In this document: positions 9,619-20,000 of the stretch, piece after piece
Position numbering within the stretch: the stretch's first letter is position 1
Layout: every line of letters begins with the position of its first letter
From: Spirogloea muscicola
Taxonomy: Eukaryota
NCBI GenBank assembly: GCA_009602725.1
Contig: WELB01000030.1
Span: forward strand, 259,239-279,238
Reading direction: 5' to 3'
Length of the DNA stretch: 20,000 nt
The notes under the pieces: model-generated
Told to the model about the DNA's origin: nothing
The model's database searches: none
Seen by the model: the letters and a program-made list of their open reading frames with translations, nothing else
Made by a program: the position numbers and the translations under genes

Positions 9619-9900
9619 GAGGAAGTGGCTCTCCCAAAGAAGTGGCTCTCCCATCCTACCGTGCAAGCTCAGAAGAAGAAGCGTGTCAATAAAGTGAAGA
9701 ATGAAGTCTCGTTCAGTAGAGGGCGATGAACATAATTTGCCAGCTCAGAAAAAGGAAAGACAAGAGACGTGGCTCTTCTAAAGGGGCGTGTGTTGAGGAG
9801 GGTCAAGGGGGACGAGGGCTGTGAAAAGCCAGCCCTCGAAAGTACCTTATCCCTTTGGGAGCTTAAGAGAAGGAGCAGCTCTCCCAAAGGGGGCGAGGCT
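9619..9900 (-). mobile_element. Diverged subfamily 3' end
   Basis: PPLGELLLLLSS resembles PSLSDLRLLS. Hairpin cgagggctg...cagccctcg at 9813-9838. Tandem terminal motif TGGGAGAGCCACTTC occurs twice at about 9622-9653. Confidence 0.5.
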
Positions 9901-10079
9901 GTGATCCTTGGTGATCTCTTACTTCCTGCATGTTCTCTTGAGCTGGCATCACAGCCATTACCTTACATTGATGAGCTGTTCATTTCCTGCACGGTATGCG
10001 CCTTCCAAATGGGACTATGGCTGTGATTATAAGGCCCAAAAACATGAACGGAGTCCCTCAGAAAGAAAGCAATATAATC

Positions 10080-10385
10080 CAGTAGGGGAGACGATGGCTG
10101 AAATAAGGCCAGCCACACAAGTCGTGGACAAGGTCCAGATGTGTCAGAAGCGTATACCAATCAGGAAAGCAACAGTGACCCTCTAAGATGCCGCTCTATG
10201 ACCTGATTAGGAGCCGCAAGTAGAAAGACTGGCAGCCGGAAAGGAGTCGCCTCACATAGTGCGTGACGCTGCGGCCAAACCACGGCCACCATGCAGATGC
10301 AAGGCATGAGCTGCAGGACGCTGCAGGACGCTTCGCATGCGGTACACAAGGGCCCAAGAGCCTCGACAATGAAGTTGGGAGCAGA
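10080..10385 (-). mobile_element. Decayed retrotransposon 3' end (ORF C-terminus plus UTR)
   Basis: GSWALVYRMRSVLQRPAAHALHLHGGRGLAAASRTM*GDSFPAASLS, then after a 1-nt frameshift LRLLIRS*. Collinear with copy B. A ggctgg...cagcc hairpin lies at about 10096-10114. Confidence 0.72.
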
Positions 10386-10963
10386 TACAGAGTGATTGAT
10401 GATTGTCATTGATAATAATAGGTGGACTAATGAATTTGGTCAATTAGATCAGGCACCCCTCGCGCACCGTGACACCGCCGCCTGCAGGACAACAGCTTGG
10501 CCTGCATGCATGCGCCCGAGGGCCCTGCGCCGCGGCCGCCGCCGTCGACGCCATCGCCGTCGCCGCCAGCAGGACGGCCGCTATCTCCACGCTCCTCCCG
10601 TCGGGCGGCCTCTTGCGCCTCCCAGCCTCGACGGGCTCCGGCTCCGGCTCGCCGCTCCGCCCTGCCTTGGGCTCGCCGCCCTCGACCTGTCCCTTGCCCG
10701 AGTCGCGTGCCGCCAGTGCCGCTGCTCGACACAGTCTGCCTTCGGAGCTGCGCTCATGTTGCCTGAGATCCCTCACATCCAGGCCAGCTCGAGAGAAGCC
10801 CTCAGCCGGGCGCCCATGCGGGCTGCGCCGTTGGCCGCCACATAGTCGCTGGGCACAGTGCCTGCGCACTTGCCGTCACCAGCGAGTTGTACAGGACACG
10901 CCAGAGCAGATCTTGTGTCCTTTCCATTGCACAGTTGCTTGAGCGCGTGAAAGTACAGAATCC

Positions 10964-12534
10964 ATGGCGCTGCGGATGTCAGCACAACCTTCTTGCAGTT
11001 GGCTGACGATGCTGTTCGTCGTCGTAGCCGCCACCCTGCCTATGCTACTCTGCGCAGCCACTGGACAGCATGTTCACATACCAAGAGGCGTGCGTGACGG
11101 AGGTACAACATCTTCTCTCTGATCATCGTCTATCTGAGTGAACATCAATCTAATGGACGTCACCGTTGCCTGAGGACCAATTCTTATTTCATCTTCCTTG
11201 AGACGCGGTTGCTGCTGTAGCAGGCAGCAAGCTGCTTTCCAGAAGACACGCACAGCAGTAATTCGCATGCAACCAAATTCATCTAATGTCTCTTGTTATA
11301 TGTTATATGCGGTACATTTCGCAGCCTCCAGTAGTGCTCAGCCTGCCAGGACATGCGAGGAGCTGGAATGCCCTCCTTACAAAGTGGTGTGCAAGGAGTC
11401 CGATTTCGAAATCAGGCACTACCGTCAGAGCAGTTGGGTGGTGACCAAGCCAATGACGGAACTCTCTTATGTGCTTGCGGCAACCAGGGGCTTCCACAGG
11501 TTAGCAGTACGCTTGTTGACCAGGCACTTGACCTCCTATTGCGGATTTCTGTCTGGCTGAAGCTTGTGCTGCTGACTAGACTCGCCATCTCTTTTACTGT
11601 TGCCATTGGCAACTGCTTGCCCATGCATTGAGTTTGAGTGTTTGCTAGCATTCCCAGCATCTGACTGCAAAGCCAGAGACTCAAGAGTCTATTCTGGCTG
11701 ATGAGGCACGGGCCTCCCCTAATGGTCGAATGGTCTCTGCTGCTTTCTACCTCAGACTTTTTGAGTATGTGCAAGGAGCAAACAAAAACGGCACCAAGAT
11801 TGGGATGACAGCCCCTGTCCTCACGGAAGTCACCGTGGGCGAGGGACCCTTTGATTCTCAGAGCTTCACTGTGGGCTTTTACCTACCTTACAAATACTCA
11901 GAGCATCCCCCCTTTCCCCTTGAGCAACAGGACCTGAAGGTAAAGAACCGGCAGCATTGGCACGTGATCATTGATTCCTTGCAGCTCTGTAATACCAACC
12001 AATTCTACTACCACTTGCCCTCACTGATCAGCCTTGCGGCACGAACTAAGATTCATCACAATCTGACATGATGTCGCTTTGTTGACATGTATGCTTCACA
12101 AACTACCAGAGATGATCCAGTGTCATAATAGACAAGCCACAGGCAAGCACAAGAAAACATTTGGGCTGGCTCTGGTCAACGCCCCTATTCTTGCTTACTA
12201 CCTTACTTGCTTCTTGCTTCAGGTCAGGAGGTACCATTCGCGCTGTGTGGCAGTCAGACGCTTCAATGGCTTTGCTGTGGACCACAATGTGCCAGATCAG
12301 GCCTTGCGACTCCAGCTTAGTCTAGAAGGGACTCCGTGGGAGAATGCCACAACCAGCTGCGCACACAGGTCTAAGAAGGGGGTGTGCCCAGCATACTCGG
12401 TTGCAGTCTACAATGCTCCGTTCACAATCAAGAATCGGGTAAATGAGATCTGGGCCGAGATACCACATGAGGACTTTGAGCACAGTGGCTGCTGTTACAT
12501 GGGCGCACCGTGTACCCTCAATAATCCTTTCTAG
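10964..12534 (+). CDS. SOUL family haem-binding protein with a predicted signal peptide; 4 exons
   Basis: Exons 10964-11102 (hydrophobic MALRMSAQPSCSWLTMLFVVVAATLPMLLCAATG; least certain exon), 11325-11499, 11756-11939, 12223-12534, phases consistent. SOUL motifs ECPPYKVV, FEIRHY, GFHRLFEYVQGAN, KIGMTAPV, VAVRRFNGF, YNAPFTIKNRVNEIW. Confidence 0.88.
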
Positions 12535-12589
12535 TTTTCTGAAGTGCAGTGATGCAACTAGATGTGACAATGGTACACCTATTGCCTGT

Positions 12590-14790
12590 TCAAGAAGACT
12601 GGACATTGCTGCTCGAAGATGCCTGAGCCAGGCCAAGAAGCTCTATGTAGTATGACATGAACGCATCCTTAGAATGATAGTCCTCGACCTGCAGTGTATG
12701 AAAGCCAGAGCTGAACAAGTATTTGCAGGCACTGGGCGCCCCTGTGACACGTCTGTCAGTTGGGGCAAGTACGTTGTGATGCATTCGCTTCTTCTTGTTC
12801 ATGTCAGTAAGCGGTGGCCTTGCTGATGCAGTTCCTGTGTTAGTCAACTCCACTTGCGGAATGGCAGGCATAACTAGGCCAGAAATGACTGCCTGCTGCA
12901 CACATCCGGGCAGTCTAAATCAATAGATCTGAATAGTGATGGGCAAAACCTCAACTTCAACTGCAAGCAGTCGCAGGTCAGCAGGAGATTTACTAGCGAC
13001 ACCATATGGACCTTGCTGACTTGACGTTCCAGGCCGTTATGCGCCAAGCTTGCTGAACACGGGCGCCTTAGGAGATTTACTGGGGCATGGAACGTCCCTT
13101 GCTGACTTGTTCTCGGCTATTTACGAACTCGAGCTCGTTGCACAGGCACTCTCATGGGCTTTCTGTGGCAGCTATTGGCCTCTGAGTGAATGGTGTCCAC
13201 TGGCACAGACATTCGGTGATACTAAAGTGCATGTCAGTGTGCGTAGCAGGCAGTCATTCAGGCCCATGTGCGCAAATTATAGCAGCTGGAGTATTCCACT
13301 TATACAGGGCTTAGACTAGCAAAGCCATTAGCAGTCGCTAAATTATTGGTGACTATTGAAGGGTATCTTAGTTGCCCCCTCTCTGACATAGGAAGCACAG
13401 GGCGCCTAGTGCCTGCACTAGAGTACTGACTGTGGCTTTTGGACGAAACTGCTGGACAAGTCTTGCAAGAGTGCATTGAAAGTACGTGCATAGGGCCTGG
13501 AGCTTTGAACTTCAAAGCAATTGTCAGTCGTCTTGCACGCACTTGGTCGTCATGGACGCACTTGGTGAAGCAGTATCACAGAATCATCTTACCTATCCCT
13601 GTTCCTGTGCGTCTGAGCATATACTTATATCCTGCTGCAGATTTTGCTCCCGGTCAAGCAGATCATCTCTGATTTTGCACTACGGCGCGTGTTGACACAG
13701 TAATCATATGCTCACATCAACAGTGTCGAGAATCGAAGAGTCAGTCGTTCACACGAGCTCACATGTCTTGCATAAGTAGCTCAACAAGTTTTCGCTTTCG
13801 ATCGCAGATCTCATCATGAAAAACTGATCATTAATCTGATCTTCATCTTCAAAGTCCTGGATTGTCTAGAAATGCAGGGTTCTTCCTGCAGATGGCCGAT
13901 ATTTCTTTGGTTCATCACTGCGCAATCATGTGACATTGATCCCTTGACGTAGCCATCAAGAGAGCTCCCTCATCACCAGTGCCTGTACAGTTGTCACTCA
14001 ACGACAGCCGATCAATTGAAGTTGTTCATAGCAGAGTTAGCCACTCCCTTGGACTTGGCTGATCGGGTGTGCTAGCTTCGTTTAGATACATCATGACAAG
14101 TACTAATTTAGCAAAGGGTAAACATGCCCAATTTCATCAGACCATAAGCTCCATCCGATGGCGACACTGCTAAATGCTGTAATAGTGTCGAGATGGTTCT
14201 CTTGGACAGAAGAAGGGATTACCTGCTTTCATGTTTGATGCTTCAGAATACATGCTGAAGTACTTGATAGCGCTTCCGACTGCTCCAATAGAGGTTATAT
14301 TTTGACTTCCGGCAAAGGCGATGTGAGCACAGACGAGCAAGCTTGTCAGCGACCTGCCTTTTGCTCTTACTTGAGTTGCGACTGTGCTTGAGAATCAGGA
14401 GGGCAGAGGACACTGGGAAGAAATTCGTCGTGGCCCTTACAGCTCCGCTGCACCAGTTTCTAAGCCAAAGACAGGTCTGCTTGCCTCACACCCATGATCA
14501 TCTGCTCCATTCACTCTGTTGTACGCCGCTGGTCGTTTCGATGCATTCAGGAGAAGGCTGCCTGTTGGCACTCCTGCATTGTTTCTCATGCTGGTCTACA
14601 ACAATATACCCGGTGGTTGGCCTGCAATGTATATACTATCCACGCTGAAAGTGTGGCAAGCGGCCATGGTTGTTCACCGGCTGACTCCTGTACAAGAACA
14701 AGATCCATCTCGTTTTGTTGATGTAGATCAAGCTCTTGTCCAGTGGTCACACCTCATGCCGTAAGTACCCAGGCTGCCAGTATGTTTGCC
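12590..14790 (+). mobile_element. Long, heavily decayed RLE-type (CRE-like) LINE covering RT, Zn-knuckle and RLE regions
   Basis: Collinear remnants across frameshifts and stops: LDLQC...PCDTSV (~12690-12760), AGDLLA for QGDPL (~12981), SLAD (~13097), GLRL (~13307), LDETAGQVLQE..IGPG..LAR..IILPI..AADFAP (13439-13650), LHP..C..LD...DYLLSC (~14150-14235), AKDRS..HTHDHLL..GRFDAF (~14464-14550), RLTPVQEQDP..VDVDQAL (~14680-14740). Recognised from remembered motifs only. Confidence 0.55.
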
Positions 14791-14971
14791 GCTTCAGTCA
14801 GGCGCAGTATGTTGCCAGGAATACAACTTCTAAGCACTCTTGAGTTGTCATCTGATTGATCGAGGCTCTGTAATACAAGTTGTGGACGATAGCCTCCTCT
14901 GAGCCTTCAAATAGATTGTCTTTTACTGCTCTGTAACCCGACGGCTCAAGCGTCCTATGTCAATGTAGTAA

Positions 14972-15020
14972 CCGAGGAAAGCTAGCTCGTCGAAAGTGCA
15001 CCAAGGAAAGCTAGCTAGTC
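14972..15020. repeat. Short direct repeat with a 29-bp period downstream of RPL10
   Basis: ccgaggaaagctagctcgtc (14972) and ccaaggaaagctagctagtc (15001), 18/20 identical. Confidence 0.7.
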
Positions 15021-15138
15021 CGAGGTCTGGATGTTCTCAAAGCTTGGTTAACAAATGAATAAGGCACCATAACATACTGTGATCGCTGCAGAGCTCTAAG
15101 GGAGAGGGGGAAAGGAATGTTTCATATGTATGGCGTCT

Positions 15139-16410
15139 CTAAGAACTGCTGCCAGCTGCCTCTTCAGCTTCCAACTTGGCAACATATGCCTTCATTGTGA
15201 AGACCAAATTGGCTGCTGGAACCTGCATTTACCCAATAGACACGGGAAAGGTCAGGCAGAGCAATGAGTACTGCCCCATATGGCCGAATAGATACGAACC
15301 TGATAAGAACGTTCAATCCTCATTGCCAACTGTGCTCGGCGGCTCACCTTGAGCTGCCCGACAAGCGCAATTGGGGGGCCGACAAGCGTGCCGAGTAGCT
15401 TGGCATAAATGTCCAGGCGCGTCGGCATAGACTCAAGGCTCTTGAAGTCCGCGGGGGCGTAGTACTTCCCCTCAAAGATGGCGCCCGTGTAGTCATTTTC
15501 CAGCTTCTGCTCCTTCTGCATGTCCCTGACAGAGGCAGGAGCAGGCAGGCGCACAGCCAGCGCGTCAGCAACTGGCACGGCCACACTCCTTCCTGGCCCC
15601 TTGCACCACCAGGTTCAGAGGCGTACAGGGAGCAACCCACTGCCCAAGCTGAGCCCTGCGGGCACTCGGGTGGCCTGTGACAGCCCATTGCAGCCAACAA
15701 GTCTTTGTGGAGCCACGATTGTCGCTCTATCTCTCAGTAAGGTGCCCAGCTATGGTCACATACATTTGGCCCTGACACTGGGAAAGCATCTGACTGGCAA
15801 CCGGCATGCCACGGAAGCGGAGCCCGATGGCCGACTTTGCACAGCAATGCAGCCGGGCTGGCCAGACCAGTGCAGGCCCGGGTCGGCACCTGTAAGGCTT
15901 GAGCGCAGCCGGGATCTCGTCCGAGTGCACGAAGAGCCAGGCGTTCATGCCCTTCATGGCCGGCGTCAGCGGCTCGAAGGGCGTGCCCTCGATGGCCTTG
16001 CCCAGCAACTTATTCTTACACACCAAAAGGGTCGACGTCTCCGGCAGCTTGCGCCGGAGGTCCTCAAACTGCTTGACCTGCGCCACACAGCGACACGAGC
16101 ACCGGGCGACCAAGGCCCGCCCCATCTCAGATCAGCAACTCAGCATATCAGCAATTGGGTCTTCACAGACTCGAGCTGCTTCGTCTGCTCGCATTCAGGA
16201 GGCCGGGTTGCGGCTCTGGTGCAGCGACAGACAACCGCGGCGTCGGCGGCGGCGGCCGCAGCGGCTGCAACGCACCGTGAACTGCTTGTAGTCGATCCCA
16301 GCCAGCAGCCGGCAGTCCTCGAGCTGCTTCCGCGCCAGCTCCACCGTCTCTGTCTTCTTACCCTTACTAATGGCGCCGCGCGCCCCGCCGCCGCCCGGCG
16401 CGGCGGCGGC
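15139..16410 (-). CDS. RPL10: Plastid 50S ribosomal protein L10 (uL10c); 5' end lies in the assembly gap
   Basis: Exons (gap)16410-16276, 16077-15890, 15525-15348, 15222-15139. Translation AISKGKKTETVE...IDYKQFTVKQFEDLRRKLP...CKNKLLGKAIEGT...MKGMNAWLFVHSDEIP...GAIFEGKYY...MPTRLDIYAKLLG...KAYVAKLE matches plant plastid L10. Confidence 0.93.
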
Positions 16411-16760
16411 NNNNNNNNNNNNNNNNNNNNNNNNNNNNNNNNNNNNNNNNNNNNNNNNNNNNNNNNNNNNNNNNNNNNNNNNNNNNNNNNNNNNNNNNNN
16501 NNNNNNNNNNNNNNNNNNNNNNNNNNNNNNNNNNNNNNNNNNNNNNNNNNNNNNNNNNNNNNNNNNNNNNNNNNNNNNNNNNNNNNNNNNNNNNNNNNNN
16601 NNNNNNNNNNNNNNNNNNNNNNNNNNNNNNNNNNNNNNNNNNNNNNNNNNNNNNNNNNNNNNNNNNNNNNNNNNNNNNNNNNNNNNNNNNNNNNNNNNNN
16701 NNNNNNNNNNNNNNNNNNNNNNNNNNNNNNNNNNNNNNNNNNNNNNNNNNNNNNNNNNNN
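16411..16760. other. Assembly gap (350 N)
   Basis: Run of n flanked by (GGC)n-rich sequence. Confidence 0.99.
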
Positions 16761-17871
16761 GGCGGCGCCCCTGGCGCTGGCGGCGGCGGCGTCGGCGGCA
16801 TCGGCAACGGCGACGGCGGCGGCGGCTGCTGTGGACGCTGCCTCGACTGTGGAGGCGGCGGCGAGCGCTGGTGGCGAGGGGGCTGCCGCCGTGCTATGGC
16901 GCCCCTGTCTGCGGCGGCGGCAGGAGCATGGGCGACTGCTAGCCTGCGGTCTCAGGCCTCTGGCAGGCCAGGCCTTCGAGAAGCCCCCGAAGGACTTCCG
17001 CCGCCGGCGCGGCTGTGGCCTCGAGCCGTGGCGCGGCTTTCGCGGCAGGCCCCACGACGACCTCGCGCGCGCGCATCTGGCGGTGGCCGAGCTGGGCATC
17101 GAGAGCACAAAGGCGCCGCCGCTGCTGCCAACTAGACGGCCGCAGGTGCTTGCCTGATGCACCGCCACGGTGGACAGACGAGCATTGCCGCAAGGCCGCA
17201 TCTGTTGTTGCGGTAGCCCTCATGCTGGCTGCCTGCCCGCTGTCGTTCGTCGCCGGCCTCCATATGCTAAGTGGGGCTCGTCTACGCTTTGTGTGGGGTC
17301 AGGGCCACGCAAGCGAGGCCGCAGAGAGAGTGGGTTGCGACTGCGTCGTCGCCATCGAGGGCGGGCTGGAGCGGCTCCGTGTGCCGCTAGCGGACGATGC
17401 CGCCGCCGCCGGCGAGCAGGTGCTGTGCTGCGCCTGGGCGATCGTCCTGAGCGAGTGCAGCGAGGGGGGCGGTGTCGCCGAAGCGTCCGTGGTCATGCTC
17501 CCGCCGCTGCTCCAGGCCTTGCAAGAAGGTATGACGTGCTCATTCTCCGACAACATGCGGCTCAGTGGGCAACCGGCAAGTCTGCCCCTTGACAATGACG
17601 AGCGCCTGACGTCAGTACTTTGGGCCCGCTCTGGCGACTGTGTTCAGGCAGGGAAGAGGTCGTGGCCTGCGAGGATGGCCATGCCGGCGGTGCAGCCGGC
17701 CAGCACATGCAGCTGGAGCATGCTGTGGGCCTCGCTCTTATCCCCTTTGTGAGCACGGCCATCCACCGAAGCCCGTCGGTGCCAGAGCTTCCCCGGACGA
17801 CCGTTGACATCGCTGACCTTCGTTCAGGCCAGCTGTGTTCCTCTGTCACTTTTCGGGCAGCAGCTTGCTGA
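16761..17871 (+). CDS. Divergent YjjX-like inosine/xanthosine triphosphatase-family protein (NTPase_I-T); 5' structure uncertain
   Basis: In-phase model: (gap)16761-17145, 17303-17528, 17648-17871. Motifs DCVVAIEGGLE, LCCAWAIVL, ASVVMLPPLLQALQEG and EHAVGLALIPFVSTAIH parallel YjjX DFWVAIEAGI, FSWVVI, LPLP..REG and HQAVILALSPF. The N-terminal catalytic motifs are not recognisable. Confidence 0.6.
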
Positions 17872-18463
17872 TGCATGCTGCGCCTCTTGTACAAAGCTCG
17901 CCAGTGCAGTCCGCTAGCTAGGTGGCACCTTCATTGAGCCCTCTTAAGTGAATAAAGTGAGCTACAGAGAGCAGATATTCATTGGGGCTGCCTTTCAGCA
18001 GAGACACACTGTCCTGAAATAAGTTGCTGGCAGCAGCACACAATGCAGCGAGCAACTTCGATTGCAACTTCCACAGGTATAGAAGAGGTCCATTGATAGC
18101 TGCTCGACTGTTTAGCGCCACCCATATGTGAAAACCCCAGCTTGGGTCTCAGGTGTTCAAGGCCTCATCAAAGACCCTGTATGTCCGACAATTGGTTGGC
18201 TGAGGATCCTGCAACTTTTGCCAGGGATGTTTGCAGGTTCTCACTGGCTCGGCATTGGTGTAGGATAGCAATTAGCAACTCTTGTCAACAAGGGTCTTAC
18301 CAGATGAGATGAGATATGTGGCAGCAAGATGTAGGCATTGCCCTCTGGCAGTAGCTCGCTGAGAGCATTGCTAAGCTTCAGATAATCAGCGCAAAAATAG
18401 GCGCCTTCGACTTCAATTCAGTGTCCATGTGGGACTGCAAGATGAAGTTGTCCGCAAGGGACT

Positions 18464-20000
18464 TCAGTGCAGGACGTGCATGCAGCGCGCAAGAATGTCG
18501 ACGGCCTCGTCGACCTCGGCCTCAGTGACAACCAGCGGCGGCGCGAGGCGCACGACGTCGCCCTTGCCGGCGGTGATGACCAGCAGGCCGGCACTGCGAG
18601 CTGCGTCCACGAGGGGGCCGGCTGGGCAGTCAAGCTGCACACCAACAAGCAGGCCCTCTCCACGGACCTCCTTGACATGCGGGTTATCACCGAGGTGCTT
18701 GCGCAGGCCCGCACGGAGGCGCTCCCCCTTAGCGGCCACATCGGCGAGGAACCCCGGGGCCTGAAGCCGGTCCAAGACCGCCAGCGCGGCGCTGCACACG
18801 AGTGGCCCGCCCGCAAACGTGCTCCCATGGTCGCCGGGGCGCACTGCCGACGCCACCTGCTCAGTCATCAGCACCGCGCCGATCGGCAGCCCGCCCGCCA
18901 GCGGCTTGGCGAGCGTCATCATGTCCGGCACCACGCCAGCCGCCTCGTGCGCCCACAGGTGGCCTGAGCGGCCCAGCCCGCATTGCACCTGAGGACAGAT
19001 TTGTGGAGGACTTGGACGCCATCAGCAATTCAGCTGTCGGGAAGCCACAAAACATATCTTGATTGCTTCATCTTGCGGAGCAATTGAGGGTGTACAATCT
19101 CTGCTTATTGCTCTTTTTATCTATGCAGTTACTGCTATTAGTGTATTTGCCATTCGTTTATTAGTGCGGTAAGCTGGTACGCTGGACTTGGGGGGAATGG
19201 CTGACCTCGTCAAAGATGAGGAGGGTGCCAGTGTCGTCGCAGAGCTGCCGAAGGCCTCTTAGGAACTCGGCGGCGGCGGGGTACACGCCGCCCTCGCCCT
19301 GCACGGGCTCCACGAACACGCCGGCAATGCCGCCCTTCTCCACGATCGCGGCTGCCGACTCGAGGCTGCCGTACTCGGCGACGTGGACGCCCGGCATGAG
19401 CGGCTCGAAGGGCTCCTGGTACGCCTTCTTGGCAGTGAGCGCGAGCGCGCCGAGAGTGCGGCCATGGAAGGAACCGGTGAACGAGACAAAGCCGGTGGCA
19501 ACGCCGGCGCCGCGGTCGAGTAGCTGGCGCTTGCGCGCGAACTTGACGGCCGCCTCGTTGGCCTCCGTGCCGCTGTTGGCGAAGAAGCAGCGGTTGGCGA
19601 AGGAGGCGCCGACGAGGCGGCGCGCCAGCTCCACCTGCGGCGCCGTGTGGTACAGGTTGCTGACGTGACACAGCGTCTCCGCGGCGGTCGTGACGGCGGC
19701 GACCCACGCCGGGTCGGCGTGCCCCAGCGCGTTCACGGCAATGCCGGCCATGAAGTCCAGATACGTCTTGCCGGCGGCATCCCACAGCGTGCTGCCGCGG
19801 CCGCGCTCAATGACCACCGGCGCGCGCGCGTACGTGTGCACCAGCAGCCGGGCCTCGTCGGCGATCACGGCCGCCGCCCCCGCCGCCGCCGCGCCGCCGT
19901 CGTCGTGCTGCGGATGCGGCGGCAGGCTCGCCGCCGTGTCGGTGGCCGTGGGCAGCGGCTCCAGCAGCGCCGAGCCCTTGTCGCTGCCGCTGGCCTCGCC
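18464..20000 (-). CDS. argD: Acetylornithine aminotransferase (class III PLP aminotransferase), organellar; 5' end outside the window
   Basis: Exons >20000-19206 and 18988-18464 with one phase-0 intron. Motifs [81 protein letters not shown] (PLP lysine), [16 protein letters not shown]. Confidence 0.96.

Noticed and set aside
9323..9660. CRISPR-like array of palindromic repeats
   Set aside because: The context is eukaryotic, spacing is irregular, the spacers are homologous to each other, and there are no cas genes.
10396..10942. Several 100-157 aa ORFs on both strands
   Set aside because: Low-complexity GC-rich sequence with no recognisable domain; probably the SOUL promoter or 5' UTR island. 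Its loose similarity to 61-300 could be compositional.
12590..12901. hAT dimerisation-like peptide on the minus strand (QVELTNTGTASA...MNKKK..HNVL)
   Set aside because: It lacks ERxFS, and the + strand reading fits a collinear RT series better.
15520..17201. 545-aa and 353-aa ORFs
   Set aside because: Both are artefacts of reading through the N gap. The 545-aa ORF is largely antisense to RPL10, and only its part after 16761 may be coding.
18429..19785. Alternative-frame and antisense ORFs over argD
   Set aside because: Shadow ORFs expected from high GC at third codon positions.

Overview
Eukaryotic nuclear DNA from a green plant lineage. GC-rich 5' exons, GT-AG introns and plant-type proteins suggest a streptophyte alga, but the organism is an inference. 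Six spliced genes were reconstructed by hand: a 3-hydroxyisobutyryl-CoA hydrolase-like gene (-), an Lhcb3-type chlorophyll a/b-binding gene (-), a secreted SOUL haem-binding gene (+), plastid ribosomal protein uL10c (-, start in an N-gap), a divergent YjjX-like ITPase/XTPase gene (+) and acetylornithine aminotransferase (-, partial). The most striking signal is intergenic. Most of the long spacers contain fragments of an RLE-type (CRE-like) non-LTR retrotransposon family. Short 3'-end pieces (ORF C-terminus ...SDLxLLxRGY*, a 3' UTR with a GGGCTGG-N5-CCAGCCC stem-loop and a TGGGCGAGCCCTT terminal motif) are stacked mostly head-to-tail, directly upstream of two genes and near the window start. 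A long decayed RT-to-RLE copy lies at about 12.6-14.8 kb. Family assignments come from remembered motifs; no search was run.
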